Source: Enterobacteria phage FL68 Tallahassee/FL/2012. From it: DNA of 5,486 nt. Shown here piece by piece: positions 1 to 5,486 of this stretch. Every line of letters begins with the position of its first letter. Position 1 is the first letter of the stretch. The translations under genes and the position numbers were made by a program. The DNA lies in sequence record KF044309.1; one strand, written 5' to 3'. The notes beneath the pieces are model-generated. The model was not told the DNA's origin, did no database searches, and was given only the letters and a program-made list of their open reading frames with translations.

Positions 1-3
1 ACC

Positions 4-33
4 TTGACACAACCATAACTACATATCTATCAT
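4..33 (+). promoter_or_regulatory. Candidate sigma70 promoter for gene A (pA-like): -35 TTGACA at 4-9, 18-nt spacer, -10 TATCAT at 28-33
   Basis: Perfect -35 hexamer TTGACA at 4-9; the best -10 at compatible spacing is TATCAT (28-33). The predicted transcript start (~40) lies upstream of the GGAGG Shine-Dalgarno at 48-52 and the ATG at 62. Position matches the H-A intergenic promoter of phiX174-type phages. Sequence pattern only. Confidence 0.3.
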
Positions 34-61
34 GCCTCCAAATCATCGGAGGCTTTCTTAC

Positions 62-1723
62 ATGCAACAAGCTAGTGACTTCTACAACAAACCACATATC
101 GACGCTATCAAACCACTCGTTGAAACCGCTGGTATGTCTGTGCTTTCTCAATCTCCAAACCTCCGTATCTGGAAACAGGTAAATTCTCGTATCAAACTAT
201 TGGAAGAAATCCTTGCTCATTACACCAATGGCATCCGCCGTGACGACAACGGCGACTTCTGGATGAATCCCAATTCTCAACTCGCAACCACAATTGCCTA
301 TCGTGCCCATCAAAAAGGACACAACCCAAAACTTATTCAATACCCTGATACATTCACTCTGGATGACATCATCCGTAAAAAGCCATTACCACAAAACGCT
401 CCTGACGAATTAAAACTCTCCGATGAAATCGGGGAAGACTATCGCCTTACAATCATCTCTCTAATCGAAGAAATGCAAGAAATCTACGACGTGCTCGGAC
501 AACTTGATATTAATAACACTATAGACCACAAACCTATCGGTAACGCCCACTGGAATCTACTCTATGAAAAACCTGTATATAAACACTGGTATGAACTGGT
601 ATCAAAACGACCCCTTAAATCAATCAGAGACGACTACAACTATGCAAAGGCTAAGGGTATTAAGGATGAATGCTCGAAAATCCTTGAGGAATCCACCATG
701 AAATCACGTAGAGGCTTTACCGTACAAAGACTAATGAATGCTATGCGCACTGCCCACACTGAGGGCTGGTACGTTGTATTCGATACTCTTACTCTTGCCG
801 ATGACCGCCTTAAGGATTTCTATGATAATCCCAATGCTCTTCGTGACTATTTCCGTGATATTGGTCGTATGGTTCTCACTGCCGAGGGTCGTTCTGTCCA
901 TGATTCATCTTCGGACTGCTATCAGTACTTTTGTGTGCCTGAGTATGGCACCCAGCACGGCCGTTTACATTTTCACGCAGTGCACCTTATGCGCACACTT
1001 CCTTTGGGTTCTATCGACCCTAACTTTGGCAAGCTGGTGCGTACTAATCGGCAAATAAATAGCTTGCAAAATACATGGCCCTATGGTTACTCTATGCCCA
1101 TCGCGGTCCGGTACTCCCAAGACGCATTCTCGCGCGCTGGCTGGCTCTGGCCCGTTGATACAAAGGGCGAACCTCTTAAAGCTACCTCGTATATGGCTGT
1201 CGGCTTCTACGTCGCTAAATACGTTAACAAAAAATCAGATATTGACATGGCCTCTAAAGGTCTAGGGAATAAAGAATGGAACAATTCACTCAAAACCAAA
1301 ATCAACCTGCTGCCCAAGAAAATCTTCCGCATCAGAATGTCTCGCAACTTCGGAATGAAGCTGCACACAATGAGTCACCTCTCAGCGGAAACTCTAATCC
1401 AACTGACCCAAGTGGGCTACGACGTGACCCCGTTCAACAACATCTTGAAGCAGAACGCCAAGAAAGAGCTACGATTGAGGCTGGCAAAGAAATCTGTCGC
1501 CGACGTTTTGGAGGCGCAACCTGTGACGACCAATCTGCTAAAATTCATGCGCAATTTGACCCGTCAAATCGGAGTGTCCAACCTGCAGAGTTTTATCGCT
1601 TCAATGACAACGAAATTAACAAGTATGGATATTTCTGATGAAACCAAAAACTACGTTGATACTGCAGGAATTACTGCTACTCACTTACGAATTAAATCGA
1701 AGTGGACTGCTGGTGGAAAATGA
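62..1723 (+). CDS. A: Replication initiation protein A (rolling-circle HUH endonuclease, gpA)
   Basis: Long ORF in frame 2, collinear with my recollection of phiX174/G4 protein A (e.g. [63 protein letters not shown]-terminus). HUH motif HFHAVH at 968-985; catalytic YVAKY at 1208-1222. Start is ambiguous: the ORF opens at ATG 32 (563 aa) with no Shine-Dalgarno, while in-frame ATG 62 (553 aa) has GGAGG at 48-52 with 9-nt spacing. I call 62; the alternative is 32..1723. Confidence 0.9.
   Translation: MQQASDFYNKPHIDAIKPLVETAGMSVLSQSPNLRIWKQVNSRIKLLEEILAHYTNGIRRDDNGDFWMNPNSQLATTIAYRAHQKGHNPKLIQYPDTFTLDDIIRKKPLPQNAPDELKLSDEIGEDYRLTIISLIEEMQEIYDVLGQLDINNTIDHKPIGNAHWNLLYEKPVYKHWYELVSKRPLKSIRDDYNYAKAKGIKDECSKILEESTMKSRRGFTVQRLMNAMRTAHTEGWYVVFDTLTLADDRLKDFYDNPNALRDYFRDIGRMVLTAEGRSVHDSSSDCYQYFCVPEYGTQHGRLHFHAVHLMRTLPLGSIDPNFGKLVRTNRQINSLQNTWPYGYSMPIAVRYSQDAFSRAGWLWPVDTKGEPLKATSYMAVGFYVAKYVNKKSDIDMASKGLGNKEWNNSLKTKINLLPKKIFRIRMSRNFGMKLHTMSHLSAETLIQLTQVGYDVTPFNNILKQNAKKELRLRLAKKSVADVLEAQPVTTNLLKFMRNLTRQIGVSNLQSFIASMTTKLTSMDISDETKNYVDTAGITATHLRIKSKWTAGGK
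500..529 (+). other. Viral (+) strand origin of rolling-circle replication, 30-nt conserved core CAACTTGATATTAATAACACTATAGACCAC; predicted gpA nick between G506 and A507
   Basis: Exact match to the 30-nt origin conserved in phiX174/G4/alpha3/St-1 as I recall it. Lies inside gene A at the homologous place and encodes [10 protein letters not shown]. Confidence 0.85.
698..1723 (+). CDS. A*: Protein A* (internal in-frame restart within gene A; C-terminal 341 aa of gpA)
   Basis: In-frame ATG at 698 with GAGGA Shine-Dalgarno at 686-690 (7-nt spacing). Product begins MKSRRGF as phiX174 A* does, and is 341 aa, the same length as phiX174 A*. Confidence 0.75.
   Translation: MKSRRGFTVQRLMNAMRTAHTEGWYVVFDTLTLADDRLKDFYDNPNALRDYFRDIGRMVLTAEGRSVHDSSSDCYQYFCVPEYGTQHGRLHFHAVHLMRTLPLGSIDPNFGKLVRTNRQINSLQNTWPYGYSMPIAVRYSQDAFSRAGWLWPVDTKGEPLKATSYMAVGFYVAKYVNKKSDIDMASKGLGNKEWNNSLKTKINLLPKKIFRIRMSRNFGMKLHTMSHLSAETLIQLTQVGYDVTPFNNILKQNAKKELRLRLAKKSVADVLEAQPVTTNLLKFMRNLTRQIGVSNLQSFIASMTTKLTSMDISDETKNYVDTAGITATHLRIKSKWTAGGK
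1276..1638 (+). CDS. B: Internal scaffolding protein B
   Basis: 120-aa ORF in frame 1, wholly inside gene A. Collinear with phiX174 gpB as recalled (MEQ..., QLR(D/N)E(N/A)AHN, GLRRD(A/P)[17 protein letters not shown](K/Q)[11 protein letters not shown]-terminal (F/Y)GYF). GGGA Shine-Dalgarno-like stretch at 1265-1268. Stop TGA overlaps the K start (TGATG). Confidence 0.9.
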   Translation: MEQFTQNQNQPAAQENLPHQNVSQLRNEAAHNESPLSGNSNPTDPSGLRRDPVQQHLEAERQERATIEAGKEICRRRFGGATCDDQSAKIHAQFDPSNRSVQPAEFYRFNDNEINKYGYF

Positions 1724-1808
1724 AGAAATTCAATCTGAACTTAAAAAACTCGAGAAGCTCTTACTTCGCCACCTTTCGCCATCACCTGAACGTACTGGCA
1801 AAGACTGA
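1638..1808 (+). CDS. K: Protein K (small non-essential protein overlapping A and C)
   Basis: Hand translation from ATG 1638 in frame 0 gives a 56-aa product, [56 protein letters not shown]. It is the same length as phiX174 K and shares the [17 protein letters not shown] and LEKLLL blocks. Overlaps the A 3' end and the C 5' end. Not on the supplied ORF track. Confidence 0.85.
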   Translation: MKPKTTLILQELLLLTYELNRSGLLVENEEIQSELKKLEKLLLRHLSPSPERTGKD

Positions 1809-1974
1809 CGCTCTCGACGAGGAAAAATACCTAAATATGCTAGGTGCTCTCCTCAAGGACTGGTTCCGTTACGAAGAACATTTCGTACATGGTAAACAAT
1901 CAATGCTTGACTTATTAAATGAACGTGGACTATTATCCACATCAACAACCAACCCAAAAGGAAATACAAAATGA
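1720..1974 (+). CDS. C: Protein C (ssDNA synthesis and packaging switch protein)
   Basis: 84-aa product [21 protein letters not shown]..., collinear with phiX174 gpC ([45 protein letters not shown]). ATG 1720 overlaps the A stop TGA (ATGA). The track's 1702 start is a GTG upstream extension with no support. Confidence 0.9.
   Translation: MKKFNLNLKNSRSSYFATFRHHLNVLAKTDALDEEKYLNMLGALLKDWFRYEEHFVHGKQSMLDLLNERGLLSTSTTNPKGNTK
1907..1936 (+). promoter_or_regulatory. Candidate sigma70 promoter pD inside gene C: -35 TTGACT at 1907-1912, 18-nt spacer, -10 TATTAT at 1931-1936
   Basis: Near-consensus hexamers with good spacing, about 35 nt upstream of the D start. The homologous phiX174 region (TTGACA ... 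TACTAT) is the known pD promoter. The AAGGA Shine-Dalgarno for D at 1958-1962 lies downstream of the predicted start. Confidence 0.55.
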
Positions 1975-2426
1975 ACTCTAACGAATCTGCTGTTGCCTTC
2001 GCTACTGCTCTCGCATCTATCAAGCTTATTCAGGCTTCATCTGTGCTGGACCTGACCGAAGACGACTTCGACTTCTTAACCCGTGACCGTGTATGGATTG
2101 CCACTGACCGCTCCCGTGCCCGCCGCGCTATTGAGGCCTGCGTATATGGTACATTGGACTTTGTCGGATACCCTCGCTTTCCTGCTCCTGTTGAGTTTAT
2201 TGCTGCCGTCATTGCTTATTATGTTCATCCCGTTAACATCCAGACAGCATGTCTTATTATGGAAGGCGCCGAGTTCACCGAAAATATTATCAATGGTGTT
2301 GACCAGCCAGTTAAGGCCGCTGAACTATTCGCTTTTACCTTGCGTGTACGCGCCGGAAACACTGACCATGTTACACATGCAGAAACTAACGTACGTGAAC
2401 AATTACGTGCTCAAGGAGTAATGTAA
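1971..2426 (+). CDS. D: External scaffolding protein D
   Basis: 151-aa product, very close to phiX174 gpD as recalled (TALASIKLIQAS, VLDLTEDDFDFLT, VWIATDRSRARR, EACVYGTLDFVGYPRFPAPVEFIAAVIAYYVHPVNIQTACLIMEGAEFTENIING, PVKAAELFAFTLRVRAGNTD). ATG overlaps the C stop (ATGA). Confidence 0.95.
   Translation: MNSNESAVAFATALASIKLIQASSVLDLTEDDFDFLTRDRVWIATDRSRARRAIEACVYGTLDFVGYPRFPAPVEFIAAVIAYYVHPVNIQTACLIMEGAEFTENIINGVDQPVKAAELFAFTLRVRAGNTDHVTHAETNVREQLRAQGVM
2146..2421 (+). CDS. E: Lysis protein E (MraY inhibitor), embedded in the +1 frame of gene D
   Basis: ATG 2146 with GAGG at 2133-2136. 91-aa product MVHWTLSDTLAFLLLLSLLLPSLLIMFIPLTS..., matching phiX174 E in length and in the N-terminal transmembrane segment (WTLWDTLAFLLLLSLLLPSLLIMFIP). 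The track's 112-aa version starts at an upstream GTG. Confidence 0.9.
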   Translation: MVHWTLSDTLAFLLLLSLLLPSLLIMFIPLTSRQHVLLWKAPSSPKILSMVLTSQLRPLNYSLLPCVYAPETLTMLHMQKLTYVNNYVLKE

Positions 2427-2506
2427 TGGCTAAAGGCTCTCGTCGGCGTTCGCCGTCCCGCTCTAAAGGTGCTCGCCTCTGGTATGTTGGCGGCACACAA
2501 TTCTAA
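2426..2506 (+). CDS. J: DNA-binding (packaging) protein J, small basic protein
   Basis: Hand translation gives the 26-aa product MAKGSRRRSPSRSKGARLWYVGGTQF. The KGARLWYVGG core is conserved in phiX174 and G4 J proteins, and the short length matches my recollection of the G4-like J. Strong AAGGAG Shine-Dalgarno at 2413-2418; the ATG overlaps the D stop (TAATG). Too short for the ORF track. Confidence 0.85.
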   Translation: MAKGSRRRSPSRSKGARLWYVGGTQF

Positions 2507-2512
2507 TCTTCT

Positions 2513-2528
2513 AGGGGCTTCGGCCCCT
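2513..2528 (+). terminator. J-F intergenic stem-loop: 6-bp GC-rich stem AGGGGC/GCCCCT closed by a UUCG tetraloop, followed by CTATTT
   Basis: Perfect inverted repeat 2513-2518 / 2523-2528 with loop TTCG. Sits between the J stop and the F Shine-Dalgarno, where phiX174 has its inefficient terminator and mRNA-stabilising hairpin TJ. Confidence 0.45.
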
Positions 2529-2545
2529 CTATTTAAGGATATAAA

Positions 2546-3829
2546 ATGTCTAACGTTCAAACTTCCGCTGACCGTATTCCTAACGACCTTTCTCACCTCG
2601 TCTTCGAGGCTGGCAAAATCGGTCGTTTAAAAACTATCTCTTGGACTCCAGTTGTCGCTGGCGACTCATTTGAAACTGAAATGGTAGGCGCTATTCGCCT
2701 TTCCCCACTTCGTCGTGGCCTTGCCGTCGACTCTCGCGTGGATATTTTCTCCTTCTACATCCCGCATCGTCATATCTATGGTCAACAATGGATTGACTTT
2801 ATTAAAGCTGGTGTTAATGCTACTCCGCTGGCTCCTGTTACCTGCTCCTCTGGCTGGGACTCTGCTGCCTATCTTGGCACTATTCCATCATCTACACTCA
2901 AGGTTCCTAAATTCTTACATCAAGGATACCTGAATATTTACAATAACTACTTCAAACCGCCGTGGGATACTGACCTCACTTACGCTAACCCATCTAACAT
3001 GCCTGAACAGGATTATAAATGGGGTGTTCGTGTCGCTAACTTAAAATCTATCTGGACCGCTCCTCTGCCTCCTAACTCTAAAATATCAGAGACTATGACC
3101 ACTGGCGCTACGTCTATTGATATTATGGGCCTGCAAGCTGCTTATGCTAAATTGCATACCCAACAAGAACGTGACTACTTCATGACTCGCTACCGCGATA
3201 TTATGAAAGACTTCGGCGGACACACCTCCTACGATGGTGATAACCGCCCTCTGCTGCTTATGCGCTCTGAATTCTGGGCCTCTGGCTATGACGTCGACGG
3301 TACTGACCAATCTTCATTAGGTCAGTTCTCTGGTCGCGTCCAACAGACATTCAATCACAAAGTACCTCGCTTCTATGTACCTGAACACGGCGTCATTATG
3401 ACTCTCGCTGTTACTCGCTTCCCTCCTACTCATGAAATGGAGATGCACTATCTTGTCGGCAAAGAATCTTTAACTTATACCGACATCGCTTGCGACCCTG
3501 CTCTTATGGCTAACTTGCCTCCGCGCGAAGTATCCCTTAAGGAATTCTTCCACTCTTCGCCGGACTCCGCTAAGTTCAAAATCGCCGAAGGTCAATGGTA
3601 CCGCACGCAGCCTGACCGTGTCGCATACCCTTATAACGCTCTTGATGGCTTCCCGTTCTATTCTGAACTGCCATCTACTGACTTAAAACAACGTGTCTTA
3701 GTTAATACTGATAACTACGATGAAATCTTCCAGTCTATGCAACTCGCACACTGGAATATGCAAACCAAATTTAACACTACTGTCTATAGACACATGCCTA
3801 CGACTCGTGATTCAATCATGACGTCATAA
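2546..3829 (+). CDS. F: Major capsid protein F
   Basis: 427-aa product, collinear with the phiX174 and G4 F proteins as recalled (MSN(I/V)QT, GDSFE, LRLSPLRRGLA, GYLNIYNNYFK, IDIMGLQAAYA, QERDYFM, SGYDVDGTDQ, SLGQFSGRVQQT, KFKIAEGQWYR, LPTTRDSIMTS C-terminus); same length as phiX174 F. AAGGA Shine-Dalgarno at 2535-2539. Confidence 0.97.
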   Translation: MSNVQTSADRIPNDLSHLVFEAGKIGRLKTISWTPVVAGDSFETEMVGAIRLSPLRRGLAVDSRVDIFSFYIPHRHIYGQQWIDFIKAGVNATPLAPVTCSSGWDSAAYLGTIPSSTLKVPKFLHQGYLNIYNNYFKPPWDTDLTYANPSNMPEQDYKWGVRVANLKSIWTAPLPPNSKISETMTTGATSIDIMGLQAAYAKLHTQQERDYFMTRYRDIMKDFGGHTSYDGDNRPLLLMRSEFWASGYDVDGTDQSSLGQFSGRVQQTFNHKVPRFYVPEHGVIMTLAVTRFPPTHEMEMHYLVGKESLTYTDIACDPALMANLPPREVSLKEFFHSSPDSAKFKIAEGQWYRTQPDRVAYPYNALDGFPFYSELPSTDLKQRVLVNTDNYDEIFQSMQLAHWNMQTKFNTTVYRHMPTTRDSIMTS

Positions 3830-3840
3830 AGCCTATAACG

Positions 3841-3878
3841 TGACAGGGGGAAAAATTTTAATTTTTCGCCCCCTGTCA
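3841..3878 (+). other. F-G intergenic long hairpin (10-bp GC-rich stem plus 5-bp A-T extension, with a 2-nt bulge); candidate terminator and/or complementary-strand origin element
   Basis: TGACAGGGGG (3841-3850) pairs with CCCCCTGTCA (3869-3878); AAAAA (3851-3855) pairs with TTTTT (3862-3866); CG at 3867-3868 is bulged. The F-G intergenic region is where phiX174-type phages carry a terminator (TF) and their complementary-strand initiation signals, primase-dependent in G4 and PriA-dependent in phiX174. Function is inferred from position only. Confidence 0.4.
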
Positions 3879-3928
3879 GGTTGAACAAGCGCAAGCGCGT
3901 TAGCTGCCTAACTTAAAAGGAAACTCAA

Positions 3929-4468
3929 ATGTTCCAGAAATTCGTCAAAAAACATAACGCCCCGTTAACTTCTCAAGCTGCTATCTCTAAAGCTGTTACT
4001 CCATCTATGACCGCCGCCCCTCTTGTTACTACACCTCTCGGCGTGTCTTCTACTCAATTATTCTTGGAACTTACAACCACTGCCGCCGCTGGCGGCTTCG
4101 CTTACGCTATCCGCGTAGACAATTCTAACCCTACTGATAATCAGGTCTTCTCCGTCTGTGCTCACATTACATCTGACGTGGACCCTAAATATATTGCGTG
4201 CCTCGTTCGCTTTGAGGTCACTGCTGGTACCACTCCTACCGCTATGCCTCCTGTCTATGATGCTTACCCTATCGCTGGTTACTATGGCGCTGGCTCTTAT
4301 ACTGTTGAAGACTGCGCTACTATTCCTACTCACGCTGTCTCTTCTGGCAACGATGTATATGTCGGCCTTATGCTTTTCTCTCGCATGTGGCCCGTTGCAA
4401 AACTATCCGGTATCGCTTCCCTTAATCAGGTAAACAAGGAAGTAACCGTTCTCCAACCTCTTAAATAA
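3929..4468 (+). CDS. G: Major spike protein G
   Basis: 179-aa product with the phiX174 gpG N-terminus (MFQ.F...HN), the ACLVRFE block and the SLNQV(I/N)KE...LQPLK C-terminus. AAGGA Shine-Dalgarno at 3917-3921. Confidence 0.95.
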   Translation: MFQKFVKKHNAPLTSQAAISKAVTPSMTAAPLVTTPLGVSSTQLFLELTTTAAAGGFAYAIRVDNSNPTDNQVFSVCAHITSDVDPKYIACLVRFEVTAGTTPTAMPPVYDAYPIAGYYGAGSYTVEDCATIPTHAVSSGNDVYVGLMLFSRMWPVAKLSGIASLNQVNKEVTVLQPLK

Positions 4469-4478
4469 GGTATTCTCT

Positions 4479-5486
4479 ATGTTTGGTGCAATCGCTGGCG
4501 GTATCGCCTCATCTCTTGCTGGCGGACTCATCAACAAAGCCTTTGGGGGCGGTCAATCCGCCTCCTCTACTGGCGTTCAAGGTGATGTCCTCGCTTCTGA
4601 CAATAACGTAATCGGTGCTAATGATGCTGGTATCAAATCCGCTATTCAAGGCTCTAATCCGCCTAATGGCCAACAAGCTGCTCCCAATGCTATTTCGGGC
4701 GTTCTCGCTGACACTGGCAAAGACGCCCTATCTTCAATCACTGGCGCTGGCGTTAATAAACTTATGGAAAAAATCGGACTATCTAAAACTGCTGCTGATA
4801 AAGGCAAGGACACAAAGGATTATCTTGCTGCTGCATTCCCCGAACTCAACGCGTGGGAACGCGCTGGCTCTGGTGCTTCGTCTGCTGGCATGGTTGACGC
4901 TGGCTTCCAAAACCAAAAAGAATTAACTCGCATGCAGCTTGACAATCAAAAAGAAATCGCTAAGATGCAAAACGACACACAAAAGGATATCGCTGGTATC
5001 CAATCTGTCACATCCCGGCAAAATACTAAGGATGCTGTCTATGCTCAAAACGAGATGCTCGAATATAACCAAAAAGAATCTATGTCACGCGTTGGCTCTA
5101 TTCTCGAAAACACAAGCCTCACCAAACAACAACAAACTTCTGAAATTATGCGGCAGATGCTTACTCAAGCTCAAACCGCAGGTCAACATTTTACAAATGA
5201 CCAAATCAAAGAACTTACACGAAAAGTTGGCGCTGATATTGATTCTGTCCGCGCTAACACTGACCGTACACATGTAGAAACTCAACGTTCAAAACAGGAA
5301 GTTCAAAACTCTCGTTATGCTTCCTCACAAGTCGGTAAAACCGCTAAAGATGTCTCTAATGCAGTTACTGATACAGCTAGTTCTATTGTTGATTATTTTC
5401 GTGGTATTGATAACAAAGTGGCAGACGCTTATAACAACTATTTCAAAGATGGTAAATCCGACGGAATCGGGTCGAACATCAAATAA
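4479..5486 (+). CDS. H: DNA pilot protein H (minor spike, DNA-translocating tube)
   Basis: 335-aa product collinear with phiX174 gpH as recalled ([56 protein letters not shown](R/K)[48 protein letters not shown]). Gly-rich N-terminus and a Gln-rich coiled-coil-like middle. Stop TAA is the last three bases of the window. Confidence 0.95.
   Translation: MFGAIAGGIASSLAGGLINKAFGGGQSASSTGVQGDVLASDNNVIGANDAGIKSAIQGSNPPNGQQAAPNAISGVLADTGKDALSSITGAGVNKLMEKIGLSKTAADKGKDTKDYLAAAFPELNAWERAGSGASSAGMVDAGFQNQKELTRMQLDNQKEIAKMQNDTQKDIAGIQSVTSRQNTKDAVYAQNEMLEYNQKESMSRVGSILENTSLTKQQQTSEIMRQMLTQAQTAGQHFTNDQIKELTRKVGADIDSVRANTDRTHVETQRSKQEVQNSRYASSQVGKTAKDVSNAVTDTASSIVDYFRGIDNKVADAYNNYFKDGKSDGIGSNIK

Noticed and set aside
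738-1058. 106-aa + strand ORF in an alternate frame inside gene A, with a hydrophobic translation
   Set aside because: No counterpart in the phiX174 gene map and no convincing Shine-Dalgarno. The Leu/Ser/Phe-rich composition is what out-of-frame translation of T-rich microvirus coding sequence produces. Most likely a frame artefact.
1064-1093. Possible pB promoter upstream of gene B (TTGCAA at 1064-1069, weak -10 TACTCT at 1088-1093)
   Set aside because: The -35 is decent but the -10 matches consensus at only 3 of 6 positions. The region is homologous to phiX174 sequence, but I cannot confirm from memory that this is the mapped pB site, so it is not called as a feature.
1083-1265. 60-aa + strand ORF inside gene A
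   Set aside because: Short, in an alternate frame of a well-supported gene, with no known homologue and no ribosome-binding site.
1242-1270. TTGACA hexamer at 1242-1247 just upstream of the B start
   Set aside because: No acceptable -10 at 16-19 nt spacing, and any transcript would begin at or after the B start codon. Probably coincidental within the gpA coding sequence.
1702-1719. Upstream extension of gene C to the track start at 1702 (MDCWWK...)
   Set aside because: Position 1702 is GTG, not ATG. The conserved C start is the ATG at 1720 that overlaps the A stop, as in phiX174.
2083-2145. Upstream extension of gene E to the track start at 2083
   Set aside because: Position 2083 is GTG. 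The ATG at 2146 has a GAGG Shine-Dalgarno and yields a product beginning MVHWTL, parallel to phiX174 E (MVRWTL) and of identical length (91 aa).
2030-2212. 60-aa ORF on the minus strand within gene D
   Set aside because: All known Bullavirinae genes are transcribed from one strand. This ORF lies antisense to a conserved gene, has no recognisable signals and is short.
2411-2596. 61-aa minus-strand ORF spanning J and the F start
   Set aside because: Antisense to J, the intergenic hairpin and F; Arg/Ala-rich translation typical of antisense to GC-rich stretches. No support.
2715-2933. 72-aa + strand alternate-frame ORF inside F (GTG start)
   Set aside because: Non-ATG start, hydrophobic frame-artefact composition, no homologue in the microvirus gene map.
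3086-3310. 74-aa minus-strand ORF inside F
   Set aside because: Antisense to the highly conserved capsid gene; no signals; short.
3889-3899. Short GC palindrome GCGCAAGCGCG in the F-G intergenic region
   Set aside because: The stem is only 3-4 bp with a cramped loop, too weak to call as an independent structural element. Noted only as context for the adjacent long hairpin.
4058-4433. Minus-strand 91-aa and + strand alternate-frame 91-aa ORFs inside G
   Set aside because: Both overlap the well-supported G coding frame. The + strand one starts at GTG and is a Leu-rich frame artefact; the minus-strand one has no expression signals.
4615-5285. Three ORFs inside H (+103 aa, +112 aa, -66 aa)
   Set aside because: All are in alternate frames or antisense to H, with Leu/Lys-rich low-complexity translations from A/T-rich sequence. 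No Shine-Dalgarno and no known overlapping gene in H of any microvirus I know.

Overview
The window reads as a complete, or nearly complete, genome of a phiX174/G4-type microvirus (Microviridae, Bullavirinae), most similar to the G4-like clade as I recall its proteins. All eleven canonical genes lie on the + strand in the conserved order A, A*, B, K, C, D, E, J, F, G, H. The window begins about 30-60 nt upstream of gene A and ends exactly on the H stop codon, which is what a circular genome linearised in the H-A intergenic region would look like. Hallmarks visible directly in the sequence are the exact 30-nt viral-strand origin inside gene A, the HUH and Tyr-x-x-Lys-Tyr rolling-circle motifs of protein A, the lysis gene E embedded +1 inside D, and the overlapping start/stop junctions (TGATG at B/K, ATGA at A/C and C/D, TAATG at D/J). 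The three short intergenic regions carry hairpins and Shine-Dalgarno sites, and sigma70-like promoters sit upstream of A and D. I see no cargo genes, no reverse-strand genes and no sign of a novel system: this is a compact, canonical microvirus, and its interesting biology is the overlapping-gene and cis-element architecture. All homology statements are from memory of phiX174/G4 protein sequences, not from a search.
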